A DNA stretch of 32,000 bases from Candidatus Pelagibacter sp. HTCC7211. GTDB taxonomy: Bacteria > Pseudomonadota > Alphaproteobacteria > Pelagibacterales > Pelagibacteraceae. The position numbers and the translations under genes are program-made. The stretch spans positions 210,001-242,000 of the forward strand of contig NZ_DS995298.1 in assembly GCF_000155895.1 (NCBI RefSeq), in the 5' to 3' direction. Under the pieces are notes generated by a model that saw only the letters and a list, made by a program, of their open reading frames with translations, was not told where the DNA came from and did no database searches. Shown here piece by piece: positions 18,625-28,102 of the stretch (positions are counted from its first letter, which is position 1; each line of letters starts with the position of its first letter).

Positions 18625-20196
18625 TTAAATTAAATTTTCAAACATTTCCTTTAAATGATCTTGGTAATTATCACTAGAACGTACTGAAGAACTATAAACA
18701 GGTTCACGGGCTTGAGATATACTAACTGTTTTAATTGGTGTTTTGTTATTTTTATGATGATTAAAACAATTATCATCTAATTCTAGTTCGCAAAACTCTA
18801 ATAATTTTTCTATTTCATTTTTTTTGTCAGATACAAGTTTTTCATATTCAATGGTATGAATAAATTCTGGTATTTTTGAATACCAAAATTTCATTAAAGA
18901 ACTATAATTATTGTGATAATTAGAGATGTCTTTTTGGTTAAAAGCCCAGTTCATTTTGGGTGATGAAAAGTTATTTTTATATATAGATAAGCAATTATCT
19001 TTTGGATCTCTTTTACAATGAATAATTTTACAATTAGGAAAAAAAATCTTAATAAAACCTATCCATTTAAAATTTAATGGAGCTTTATCTGTTAATACAT
19101 TTTCATCGAAATTGAATAAAGAAATGTTTTCAAAATACTGATCATTAACTAAATTTTTTGAAGAATTCTGAAGTTCAGCAATTTTTCGTTTATCTAGTTT
19201 ACTGTCGTTAAAAAAATTATTATGAACAACACTTGATAAGAATGGAAGTTCACCTGCTCCATAAACTTTTTTATGTGAAGAGATAATTTGTTCAACTAAA
19301 GTTGTGCCAGACCTTGGCATTCCACAAATAAATATGATTTTTTTATTTGAAAAACTTTTATGTTTAATGCTTAAATCAATATTTTCAAATGCGTTTTTCA
19401 TATCATTTATAGTATTAATTTCTTCAGCAATATTTGAATTTCTTATTTTGTGCATCATTTTATTTCCTATGGAAAGAAATTTTATAGCCTCATCTGAATC
19501 TTTTAAATCATCATATGCCTTACCAAGTGCAAAAGAAATTATTCCTTTTTGATCGTCACCAAAATTTTCTTCTGATAAAATTTTTTTCATTTGAGATATA
19601 TGGTTCATTGTTTCTTCGTTTGTTAAAGAATACTTTTTAATTGAGCTCAGAATTTGATGGGCATTAACATTATTTGGGTCTATTTTTAAAATTTTGTTAA
19701 CAGTCTCAATTGTCTCTGTTAATTTATTAAGGCTTTGAAATGCTACTGCTAAGTGATTTAAAAAAACTAAAGAATTAATATTTTTTTCTTTAGCAATATT
19801 TATTCCTTGATTGTACAAATTTATAGCTTTCTCAATATCATTAATGGATGATTTTAAATTACCGTAATTATTATAAACATTTATGTAGCTTGGGTTTAAT
19901 TTTATAATTTTTTTATAAACTTGTTCTGCTTTAAAATATTGTTCTGTATTTTTAAGAGAGTTAGCCAGGTTATTCATTGCTGATATATTGTTATTATCTG
20001 CTTTCAAGGCTAACTCGAAAAAATTAATAGCTCTCTGATCTCTATTAAGTCTTTGATATGCCATCCCGGATAAATTTAAAATGAATGAGTTATCTGGGAA
20101 TTTTTTATTTAATATTTCACAACCCTCGATTACTCTTTTAAAATTACCATCAGCAAAATAGTTTTGAAGTTTTTTTACTTTTTCAACAAAGTTCAT
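18625..20196 (-). CDS. TPR-repeat / PAPS-dependent sulfotransferase fusion protein
   Basis: The N-terminal ~270 aa contain several TPR-like repeats (e.g. LNLSGMAYQRLNRDQRAINFFELALKADNNN, AMNNLANSLKNTEQYFKAEQVYKKIIKLNPS). The C-terminal half has a sulfotransferase 5'-PSB loop, GMPRSGTTLVEQII, and a 3'-PB-like CKRDPKDNCLSIY. Confidence 0.8.
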   Translation of the reverse strand: MNFVEKVKKLQNYFADGNFKRVIEGCEILNKKFPDNSFILNLSGMAYQRLNRDQRAINFFELALKADNNNISAMNNLANSLKNTEQYFKAEQVYKKIIKLNPSYINVYNNYGNLKSSINDIEKAINLYNQGINIAKEKNINSLVFLNHLAVAFQSLNKLTETIETVNKILKIDPNNVNAHQILSSIKKYSLTNEETMNHISQMKKILSEENFGDDQKGIISFALGKAYDDLKDSDEAIKFLSIGNKMMHKIRNSNIAEEINTINDMKNAFENIDLSIKHKSFSNKKIIFICGMPRSGTTLVEQIISSHKKVYGAGELPFLSSVVHNNFFNDSKLDKRKIAELQNSSKNLVNDQYFENISLFNFDENVLTDKAPLNFKWIGFIKIFFPNCKIIHCKRDPKDNCLSIYKNNFSSPKMNWAFNQKDISNYHNNYSSLMKFWYSKIPEFIHTIEYEKLVSDKKNEIEKLLEFCELELDDNCFNHHKNNKTPIKTVSISQAREPVYSSSVRSSDNYQDHLKEMFENLI

Positions 20197-20211
20197 GACT
20201 TTAATTTGAAA

Positions 20212-21480
20212 TTAAGCTGGTTTATTCATTGAGTTAAAAAACTCTGCATTGTTTTTTGTATCTTTTAGTTTTGAACTTATAAATTCAATAGCATCCATAG
20301 TTCCCATAGGAGCAATTATTCTTCGAAGTACATTCATTTTTTGAAGGTCATTTTTTTCAAAAAGTAGCTCTTCTCTTCTCGTTCCCGACTTAGTAATATC
20401 AATTGCTGGATAAATTCTTTTATCAGCAATTTTTCTATCTAAAACTGTTTCACTGTTACCCGTTCCTTTAAATTCTTCGAAAATAACTTCGTCCATTCTG
20501 CTACCAGTGTCAATTAAGGCCGTTGAAATAATTGTTAAAGATCCACCTTCTTCAATATTTCTCGCAGCACCAAAAAATCTTTTTGGTCTTTGAAGGGCAT
20601 TAGCATCTACACCACCAGTTAAAACTTTTCCTGAACTTGGTATAACTGCATTGTAAGCTCTTCCTAATCTCGTGATAGAATCTAATAATATAACTACATC
20701 TTTTTTATGTTCGGTTAATCTTTTTGCTTTTTCAATAACCATTTCTGCAACAGCTACGTGTCTTTGTGCTGGTTCATCGAACGTAGAACTAATAACTTCA
20801 CCATTCACTGTTCTTTGCATATCAGTTACTTCTTCCGGGCGTTCATCAATTAAAAGAACGATTAGGTAACACTCTGGATAATTTTTAGCTATAGAATTTG
20901 CTATACTTTGTAAAATCATTGTTTTACCAGCTTTAGGGGGTGAAATAATAATTGATCTTTGACCTTTGCCAATCGGACTAACAAGATCAATTAACCTTGG
21001 TGTCAAATCTGGTTTTTTTTCAACTTTTGTTGTTTCAACTTCCATTACCAACTGTTTATCTGGATATAAAGGCGTTAAGTTATCAAATGCAATTTTATGT
21101 CTTGCTTTCTCTGGTTCTTCAAAATTAATTTTACTAACCTGAAGTAACGCAAAATATCTTTCACCTTCCTTAGGAGCTCTAACAGGTCCTTCAACAGTAT
21201 CGCCCGTTCTTAAACCAAATTTTCTAATTTGACTTGGGCTAACATAAATATCGTCAGGCCCTGGAAGATAATTAGATTCCATCGCTCTTAAAAAACCAAA
21301 TCCATCTTGTAATAGTTGAAGAACACCAGCGCCTGTTATTTCCTCTTTCTCTGCAACTTTTTTTAGGATAGCAAAAAGAATTTCTTGTTTTCTTAATGTA
21401 CTGGCGTTTTCAATTCCAAGCTCCTCAGCTTGCGCAATAAGTTGTTCAGATGATTTTAATTTTAATTCTTGGATATTCAT
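20212..21480 (-). CDS. rho: Transcription termination factor Rho
   Basis: N-terminal Rho_N ([19 protein letters not shown]), a cold-shock-like RNA-binding domain (GFGFLR), Walker A (PPKAGKT) and the Rho-specific [26 protein letters not shown]. Confidence 0.97.
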   Translation of the reverse strand: MNIQELKLKSSEQLIAQAEELGIENASTLRKQEILFAILKKVAEKEEITGAGVLQLLQDGFGFLRAMESNYLPGPDDIYVSPSQIRKFGLRTGDTVEGPVRAPKEGERYFALLQVSKINFEEPEKARHKIAFDNLTPLYPDKQLVMEVETTKVEKKPDLTPRLIDLVSPIGKGQRSIIISPPKAGKTMILQSIANSIAKNYPECYLIVLLIDERPEEVTDMQRTVNGEVISSTFDEPAQRHVAVAEMVIEKAKRLTEHKKDVVILLDSITRLGRAYNAVIPSSGKVLTGGVDANALQRPKRFFGAARNIEEGGSLTIISTALIDTGSRMDEVIFEEFKGTGNSETVLDRKIADKRIYPAIDITKSGTRREELLFEKNDLQKMNVLRRIIAPMGTMDAIEFISSKLKDTKNNAEFFNSMNKPA

Positions 21481-21544
21481 GATTAAATTTTGTAAGGACT
21501 AAATAGATAGAGCTAATATATATACTCAAAATGTTATTTCAACC

Positions 21545-21979
21545 CTAGATTGGCTTAAAAATAACAAGAAATATAACAAAAATAAGTGTTGCTGTCGGTA
21601 TTTCGTTAATAATTCTAAAATATTTTGCTGACTTTTTATTAGTATTATTTTTTAGAGAAATCATACATTTACCCAAATGTTCATGAAAGATTGATAATAA
21701 AATTACTAAAAAAAGTTTTAATTGCATCCACATTTGAGAAAAAATCTCCAATCCATTTAAATAGATCAGGACAATACCAAATAACCAGGTTAGTATCATT
21801 GCTGGTCTCATGATATAATTATATAATTTTCTTTCCATCACCTCAAAAATATCTGTGGCTTGTTTTTTTTCTATATTTTCTACGTGATAAACAAAAATTC
21901 TTGGCAAATACAAAAGTCCTGCCATCCATGAAACTACTGAGATTAAATGAAGTGATTTAAAAAGTAGATAAGTATTCAT
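21545..21979 (-). CDS. hemJ: Protoporphyrinogen IX oxidase, HemJ type (UPF0093 membrane protein)
   Basis: 144 aa with 4-5 TM segments. The HemJ hallmark KSLHLISVVSWMAGLLYLPRIFVYH is near the N-terminus. Adjacent to hemH and hemE. Confidence 0.8.
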   Translation of the reverse strand: MNTYLLFKSLHLISVVSWMAGLLYLPRIFVYHVENIEKKQATDIFEVMERKLYNYIMRPAMILTWLFGIVLIYLNGLEIFSQMWMQLKLFLVILLSIFHEHLGKCMISLKNNTNKKSAKYFRIINEIPTATLIFVIFLVIFKPI

Positions 21980-21981
21980 GA

Positions 21982-22980
21982 TTAAATACTTCTTTCAATT
22001 AAAGATTTTAGTAAAAGAATATGATCATCGCTATCATTTAAGCAAGGTATCATATCAAAATTTTTGCCACCAGAATTAATGAAACTTTCTTTGCCTTGTA
22101 TTAATATTTCTTCTAAAGTTTCAACACAATCTGAAGAAAAACCAGGACATATTGTAAGAATGTTTTTTTTACCTTCTTTGGGTAAATTTTCTAAAGTTTT
22201 GTCTGTATAAGGCTGTAGCCACTCTTGTGGTCCAAACCTAGATTGAAACGTTGTTTTTATTTCTATAGAATTAAACTTTTCTGAAATGAGTCTAGTCGTT
22301 TTATGACAATAACAATGATAAGGATCACCTTTATCAAAATATTTTTTTGGAATACCGTGATAAGAAGCAATTATTAAATCTGGTTTCCAATTTATCTCTC
22401 TAATTTTTTTGTTAATAGAATTTACAAGTGCATCGATATATAAAGAATCAGACTCATAATGAGGAATTATTTTAAGAGATGGTTGCCACCTCATTTTCAT
22501 TAACACTCTATACACTTCGTCACAAACAGTTGCTGTAGTTGCAGCAGCATATTGAGGATATAACGGTAAAATAACTAAATTTTCACAACCTTGTTCGTGT
22601 AATTTTGAGATTTTACTTTTAATACTTGGGTTTCCATATCTCATTGCAAAATCAATTACTGTATTTTCTTTTTTTATATAAGAGGAAAGTTTTTCTGCTT
22701 GTTTTTTTGTATAATATAACAATGGAGAAATATTTTCTTTTTTCATCCAAATTTCTTTATAAGCTTTTGCAGTTTTTGATGGTCTAAAAGTTAAAATAAA
22801 TAAGTTAAGTATAATTTGCCAAATAATAGGGTTTACTTCTATCACGCGACTATCAGATAAAAATTCTTTAAGATATTTTCTTATATCCAGCCAACTAGTT
22901 GAGTCGGGTGTGCCCAAATTTACAATTAAGACTCCTGTTTTACCAAATTTTATCGAGGGATGATCTAGTTTATTTTTCAC
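21982..22980 (-). CDS. hemH: Ferrochelatase
   Basis: GVLIVNLGTPDS, LPLYPQYAAATT, SYHGIP and PGFSSDCVETLEEI. GTG start at 22980, abutting the hemE stop. Confidence 0.93.
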   Translation of the reverse strand: MKNKLDHPSIKFGKTGVLIVNLGTPDSTSWLDIRKYLKEFLSDSRVIEVNPIIWQIILNLFILTFRPSKTAKAYKEIWMKKENISPLLYYTKKQAEKLSSYIKKENTVIDFAMRYGNPSIKSKISKLHEQGCENLVILPLYPQYAAATTATVCDEVYRVLMKMRWQPSLKIIPHYESDSLYIDALVNSINKKIREINWKPDLIIASYHGIPKKYFDKGDPYHCYCHKTTRLISEKFNSIEIKTTFQSRFGPQEWLQPYTDKTLENLPKEGKKNILTICPGFSSDCVETLEEILIQGKESFINSGGKNFDMIPCLNDSDDHILLLKSLIERSI

Positions 22981-23982
22981 TTAATAATCTTTTACTATTT
23001 TAACCAAGTGGTCCATCATATTCGGGTCTGTTTCAGGTAAAACTCCGTGCCCTAAATTAAAAATATAAGGGTGATCTTTGAAAATATCTAGATATTTAAT
23101 TGTTTCTTTTTTAAGATTCTCTTTATCTGATAGTAATACTTTGGGATCTAAACCACCTTGAATTGGAATTTGTATATCTTTTAGAATTTGTTTTGGATCA
23201 ACGTTATAATCAATACTAACCGCATCGGGCTTTACAACTTCACAAAATTTTTTATAATTTTTTATTTCTCTTGGAAAACAGATAACAGGAACATTTAAAG
23301 ATTTAACATAATTAACTAAATTAAGAGTTGGGAAATAAATATAATTTTCTAAATCTTTGCCTTGCAATAAACCGGCCCAACTATCAAAAATTTGTATTAC
23401 GTTAGCACCATTTTTTACTTGGTTTTTGATATGTATCATTAGAAATTTTTCCAAAATCGATAAAATTTTTTTAATTAAGTTTTTGTCTTCAAAAAAATCA
23501 TGTTTTAAATCTTTTTTTGGGGATTGTTGATTAATCATATAAACCAATAGAGTCCAAGGTGCACCGACAAATCCAATAGTGTTTTTGTTGCTAGTAATTT
23601 GATTGTTGCTGACTTTATCTAAGGCTTTATAAACAGGAAAAATTTTTTCAACAAAATCTGTTTCACTTATTTTAGAAATCTCGTTGATATTGATTTGACC
23701 AAGTATTGGTCCAAAATTTTTTTTAAATTCAACCTTTTGATTTAATCCATATGGTAACATTAAAATATCTGAAAATATTATGGCAGCATCAAGATCAAAT
23801 CTTTTTAAAGGTTGTAAGGTTATTTCTGACGACAAATCCTCATTAAGACACAATTTTATAAAATCTGGATTTAATTTCCTAATTTCTCTAAACTCAGGCA
23901 GGTATCTTCCTGCTTGTCTCATTATCCAGATGGGCTTTATTTTTGTATTTTTATTTTTTATTACTTGATGAAGAGGTGTCAT
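22981..23982 (-). CDS. hemE: Uroporphyrinogen decarboxylase
   Basis: The N-terminal signature PIWIMRQAGRYLPEFREIR, plus IIFSDILMLP and FNLGHGVLPETDP. Confidence 0.95.
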   Translation of the reverse strand: MTPLHQVIKNKNTKIKPIWIMRQAGRYLPEFREIRKLNPDFIKLCLNEDLSSEITLQPLKRFDLDAAIIFSDILMLPYGLNQKVEFKKNFGPILGQININEISKISETDFVEKIFPVYKALDKVSNNQITSNKNTIGFVGAPWTLLVYMINQQSPKKDLKHDFFEDKNLIKKILSILEKFLMIHIKNQVKNGANVIQIFDSWAGLLQGKDLENYIYFPTLNLVNYVKSLNVPVICFPREIKNYKKFCEVVKPDAVSIDYNVDPKQILKDIQIPIQGGLDPKVLLSDKENLKKETIKYLDIFKDHPYIFNLGHGVLPETDPNMMDHLVKIVKDY

Positions 23983-24252
23983 ATTAAAGTTATATATATT
24001 TATTTTATTAGTATTATGTCTTGTGAATATTGATGATAAGTATTTATTAACATTTTATTAACAACTTAATCACATTTAAAATTAAGATAAATCATTCAAA
24101 TTGAAGCTTTTTAAGTTTTTATAAAATTTAATGTATAATATTATCTTTAAGAATATAAATGTTAATAAAACCCTTAATTTACAACAATAATTAATCAATA
24201 TTTAAATTGTGTAATTTAATTAAAATATTACAAATTTATCAACAATTTATTA
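23983..24252. other. oriC: Probable chromosomal replication origin (oriC/Cori-type) in the hemE | DUF299 intergenic region
   Basis: This is the longest non-coding gap in the window, with 36 G/C in 270 nt by hand count (~13%). Gene orientation switches here. The flanking synteny is the conserved alphaproteobacterial origin cluster. DnaA-box-like 9-mers occur at 24236-24244 (TTATCAACA, 8/9), 24022-24030 (TGTGAATAT, 7/9) and 24066-24074 (TTAATCACA, 7/9). Confidence 0.7.
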
Positions 24253-25080
24253 ATGAGTAATACATATCAAATTTATCTTATTTCAGACTCAACAGGAGAA
24301 ACTCTTGATAGAATTTTTTTAGCCTTAAAGGCACAATTCACTAACATTCTATATAATGTTCATTCCTATTCTTTCACGAGAACAGAAAATCAAATTTTAA
24401 AAATATTAGAGGATGCAGAAAAGAATAAAAATTCAGTTATTCTTTATACAATTGTTGACACCAACCTAGCAAAACATTTGGCAAATTTAAGCAATGAAAA
24501 AAAAATTCCTTGTTTCGGTGTTTTAGGAAATCTAATTGTAAACTTTTCTAAAATTTTAAATCAAGAAGCATCTCATGAGCCAAGCGGACAATATATTTTA
24601 AACGAAGAATATTATAAAAAGATAGAGGCTATTCAGTTTACAATGAATCATGATGATGGAAACATGATTAATGATATAGAAAAATCCGATATTATATTAG
24701 TCGGTGTTAGTAGAACAAGCAAAACACCAACATCAATTTATTTAGCAAACAAAGGATTTAAAACATCTAATATTCCCTTGGTAAATGAAAATTCATTGCC
24801 AAAAAAGCTTAAAGACAATCCGGGATTAACTTGTGTCGTTGGGTTAAATACAGAACCCGATAGGTTAGTTGACCTTAGAAAAAATCGTATGAGCTCTCTT
24901 AGAGAAAACGAAAACAAAACATATACAAGTATTGAGAATATTAAAAAAGAAATTATAGACGCAAAAAAAACATTTCAAAAATATAAATGGCCATCAATAG
25001 ATGTTACAAGAAAATCTGTTGAAGAAACAGCTGCTTCTATAATTAAAATACATGAGATATATCTAAATAATGCAAAATAA
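24253..25080 (+). CDS. Pyruvate,phosphate dikinase regulatory protein-like kinase/phosphorylase (DUF299; RP001 homologue)
   Basis: N-terminal IYLISDSTGETLDRIF and a P-loop, ILVGVSRTSKTPTSIYLANKGFK, typical of the PDRP/PpsR family. This is the first gene clockwise of the origin in alphaproteobacteria. Confidence 0.88.
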   Translation: MSNTYQIYLISDSTGETLDRIFLALKAQFTNILYNVHSYSFTRTENQILKILEDAEKNKNSVILYTIVDTNLAKHLANLSNEKKIPCFGVLGNLIVNFSKILNQEASHEPSGQYILNEEYYKKIEAIQFTMNHDDGNMINDIEKSDIILVGVSRTSKTPTSIYLANKGFKTSNIPLVNENSLPKKLKDNPGLTCVVGLNTEPDRLVDLRKNRMSSLRENENKTYTSIENIKKEIIDAKKTFQKYKWPSIDVTRKSVEETAASIIKIHEIYLNNAK

Positions 25081-25657
25081 AATTATTCTTGCTTCTAAAA
25101 GCAAAGTTAGAAAAGAAATATTAGATAAAAATAACATAAATTGTGAGGTCAAACCTTCAAATGTTGATGAAGATGTAGTTAAAGATAGCCTTATTAAAGA
25201 AAAGGCTTCGCCAGAAATTATATCGAAAAATTTAGCTGAGCTTAAAGCCAATAAAGTCAGTTTAAATCAAAGCGACCAGCTTGTGTTAGGAGCCGATAGT
25301 GTTATCGATTTAGATGGTGAATTAATTTCAAAACCAGTGAATAGAGAACAAGCATTGGTAATTCTTAAAAAACTTAATGGAAAGAAACATCATCTAATAA
25401 GCTCAGTTTGTATTTCAAAAAATGGATCAATGATCTGGAATTATACTGATAAAGCTGAGCTCGCGATGAAAAATTTTACAGAAGAAGATTTAAAAATATA
25501 TTTGTCAAAAATATCTGATGAAGCCCTGTATGCTTATAATGTTTATCAAATAGAAGGAGAGGGAAGAAGTTTGTTTGTTAGTATTAATGGAGATGAAGAC
25601 ACAATAATGGGTTTACCAGTTAAAAAAATTAGAGAATATTTAAAAACAAATCAATGA
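25070..25657 (+). CDS. maf: Maf-like nucleoside triphosphate pyrophosphatase
   Basis: IILASKSKVRKEIL, VLGADSVI, KPVNREQA and YQIEG...INGDEDTIMGLP are Maf family motifs. It overlaps the upstream gene by 11 nt. Confidence 0.88.
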   Translation: MQNKIILASKSKVRKEILDKNNINCEVKPSNVDEDVVKDSLIKEKASPEIISKNLAELKANKVSLNQSDQLVLGADSVIDLDGELISKPVNREQALVILKKLNGKKHHLISSVCISKNGSMIWNYTDKAELAMKNFTEEDLKIYLSKISDEALYAYNVYQIEGEGRSLFVSINGDEDTIMGLPVKKIREYLKTNQ

Positions 25658-26445
25658 AAAAATATTTAGTTATAGGAAATCCAATTGAACATTCCCTGTC
25701 GCCGAAACTTCAGAATTATTGGATAAAAAATCATAATATTGATGCTATTTATGAAAAAGAAAAATTTAATGAAGATAAGCTAGAAAAATTATTCTTAAAT
25801 ATAAGAGATAAAAAAATTAATGGAGCAAATGTTACAGTTCCTTTTAAAAAAGCTGTAATTCCTTTTTTAGACAAACTTAGTGCAGAAGCAGAAAGCACTC
25901 AATCCGTCAATACTATTTATTTGGAAAACGATAAGATAATTGGACACAATACAGATATCGATGGATTTGAACTAGGAATAAATAAGATAAATTATAATAT
26001 TTCTGATAAAAAAATTTTTATCCTTGGAGCTGGAGGGGTGGTGCCATCTATTGTTTATGCTTTAAATAAAATGAAGGTTTCAGAAATCACGATTGCAAAT
26101 AGAACTAGAGAAAAAGCTGAAAATTTAAAAAACTTATTTGATGAATTAAAAATAGTTGAATGGGGAGAGATCCCAGACTTTGATATGATTATTAATGCAA
26201 CAAGCATAGGACTTAGAAAAAATGATGAAATAAATCTGAATTTTTCATCAATTGGTAAAAATAAATTTTTTTATGATGTTATTTATAATCCGAAAGAAAC
26301 TAATTTTTTAAAGGCAGGAAGAAAACTAGGTAATATGACTGAAAATGGCAAATTAATGTTTATTTATCAAGCTATCTCAGCCTTTAATATTTGGCATGGA
26401 GTTAGACCAACAGTAAATGATGAGGTTATTAAATTTTTAGACTAA
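25654..26445 (+). CDS. aroE: Shikimate 5-dehydrogenase
   Basis: VIGNPIEHSLSPKLQN, NVTVPFK, NTDIDGF and a Rossmann ILGAGGV. ATGA overlap with maf. Confidence 0.92.
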   Translation: MKKYLVIGNPIEHSLSPKLQNYWIKNHNIDAIYEKEKFNEDKLEKLFLNIRDKKINGANVTVPFKKAVIPFLDKLSAEAESTQSVNTIYLENDKIIGHNTDIDGFELGINKINYNISDKKIFILGAGGVVPSIVYALNKMKVSEITIANRTREKAENLKNLFDELKIVEWGEIPDFDMIINATSIGLRKNDEINLNFSSIGKNKFFYDVIYNPKETNFLKAGRKLGNMTENGKLMFIYQAISAFNIWHGVRPTVNDEVIKFLD

Positions 26446-27014
26446 TGATTAAAATTGGAATTCTAGGTGAAATTGGTTCAGGCAAAAGTTATGTGGCAAT
26501 AAATTTTGGTTATCCAGTTTTTAATGCAGATTATGAAGTAGCAGAACTATATAAGAAAGATAAAAAAATATTTTACAAATTAAGAAAAATTTTACCAACA
26601 TATATATCCAAATTTCCTATTGATAAAAAAGAAATATCAACTGCAATTTTAGATCATAAAAATAATTTAAAAAAGATTGTTAAAATAGTTCATTCAGAAG
26701 TAAGAAAAAAAATGTTACTTTTTTTAAAAAAAAACAATAAAGCCAAAATTGTCATATTAGATATTCCTCTTTTGTTAGAAAATAAGATAAATGATAAAAA
26801 TGATATTTTAGTTTTTGTAGAATCAAAGAAATCTGAAATTTTAAAAAGATTAAAAAAACGAAAAAATTTTAATTTAAAGATTTTTAAAAAGTTCAAAGAT
26901 ATTCAGCTATCTTCTAATTACAAAAAAAAGAAATCTCATTTTATTATTAAAAATGATTTTAGAAAAAAATCTGTTAAAACTGGAATAAACAATGTTCTTG
27001 AGAGAATAACATAA
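26445..27014 (+). CDS. coaE: Dephospho-CoA kinase
   Basis: P-loop IGILGEIGSGKSYVA, a DIPLLLE motif, about 190 aa, in the conserved aroE-coaE-dnaQ order. Confidence 0.85.
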   Translation: MIKIGILGEIGSGKSYVAINFGYPVFNADYEVAELYKKDKKIFYKLRKILPTYISKFPIDKKEISTAILDHKNNLKKIVKIVHSEVRKKMLLFLKKNNKAKIVILDIPLLLENKINDKNDILVFVESKKSEILKRLKKRKNFNLKIFKKFKDIQLSSNYKKKKSHFIIKNDFRKKSVKTGINNVLERIT

Positions 27015-27677
27015 ATGAAAGAAGTAGTATTAGATACAGAAACGACAGGTATATCGGTTAAAGAAGGTCATAGAATAGTTGAAATTGGATGTATTGAACT
27101 AGATAATTTAATACCAACAAAAAATAGGTTTCATTGTTATTTAAACCCAGAGAGAAAAGTTTCTGAAAAAGCTTTAGAAGTACATGGTTATACTGATGAA
27201 TTTTTGTCTGAACAAAAAAAATTTAGCGATATTGGTGAACAGTTTCTTGCTTTTATTAAAGATAAAAGATTAATAATTCATAATGCAGAGTTTGATTTGG
27301 GTCACTTAAATAATGAACTGTCTATATTTGGAAAAAAAAAGATAAATAATGAGATAGTAGATACATTAATTTTAGCTAGAGATAAGTTTCCAGGCTCTCC
27401 TGTAAGCTTAGATGCTCTTTGTAAAAGATATAGAATTGACAATTCAATTAGAACACAACACACAGCATTAATTGACTGTGATTTATTATCTAAAGTTTAT
27501 ATCAATTTAATCGATCAAAAAGAACCAACTTTAAATTTTCAAAATCTTGATACGGAAACAGATAATTCAAATAGTTCTAAAGTTTCATATTTTAAAAAAG
27601 TAGTAAAACCAAGCGAAGATGAAATTTTTAAACACAATGAATATTTAAAAAATCATTTAAAAAAAAATTATTTTTAA
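27015..27677 (+). CDS. dnaQ: DNA polymerase III epsilon subunit (3'-5' proofreading exonuclease)
   Basis: Exo I VVLDTETTG, Exo II IIHNAEFDLGHL and Exo III HTALIDCDLL (DEDDh family). Confidence 0.92.
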   Translation: MKEVVLDTETTGISVKEGHRIVEIGCIELDNLIPTKNRFHCYLNPERKVSEKALEVHGYTDEFLSEQKKFSDIGEQFLAFIKDKRLIIHNAEFDLGHLNNELSIFGKKKINNEIVDTLILARDKFPGSPVSLDALCKRYRIDNSIRTQHTALIDCDLLSKVYINLIDQKEPTLNFQNLDTETDNSNSSKVSYFKKVVKPSEDEIFKHNEYLKNHLKKNYF

Positions 27678-28102
27678 TTGAATCTTTGATTATAAAGTTC
27701 TTCAAAATTGATTTTTTTTTCAAATTTAACACCCGGATAACCAGAATTATTTATAAGATTTAAAAATGATTTTTCGAGATCTGGATATATTTCAACCTGA
27801 ACATCACATAATATAATTTTCTCTAATTCTTTTTTTTGTTTTACTTCATCATCTACTTTTATAATTGTTGCAAAATTGATTTCAAAATAAGATTTTTTTT
27901 TATTTTCTTCTTTATCTTCAAATTTAAATATTGTGTTTATTTCAACCATTTTATTTTTTAATGCTTTTGATTTTATATCTATGTTAAGTTGATATTTAGA
28001 AATATAGTCTTTGACAAAAATATAGGTTTCTACATCTGGCGTTTCACTAGACATGTCTTTAATAAATTTTCCTAGAATTTTATAATTTTTTGTCATTTTC
28101 AT
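27674..28102 (-). CDS. secB: Protein-export chaperone SecB
   Basis: An N-terminal block of type YIKDMSSE.P and a C-terminal ILCDVQVEIYPDLEKSFLNLINNSGYPGVKFEKKINFEELY align with the SecB pattern (ECP..LFPFAR...GFPPL.L.PI.F..LY). The start may be ATG 28096 rather than 28102. Confidence 0.85.
   Translation of the reverse strand: MKMTKNYKILGKFIKDMSSETPDVETYIFVKDYISKYQLNIDIKSKALKNKMVEINTIFKFEDKEENKKKSYFEINFATIIKVDDEVKQKKELEKIILCDVQVEIYPDLEKSFLNLINNSGYPGVKFEKKINFEELYNQRFN

Noticed and set aside
24047-24061. A TTAA-N7-TTAA match (TTAAcatttTaTTAA) to the CtrA-binding motif, inside the candidate origin.
   Set aside because: In a region of about 13% G+C, TTAA tetramers are so frequent that a single N7-spaced pair is expected by chance. 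I also cannot confirm that this organism encodes CtrA; SAR11-type genomes are reported to have very few two-component systems.
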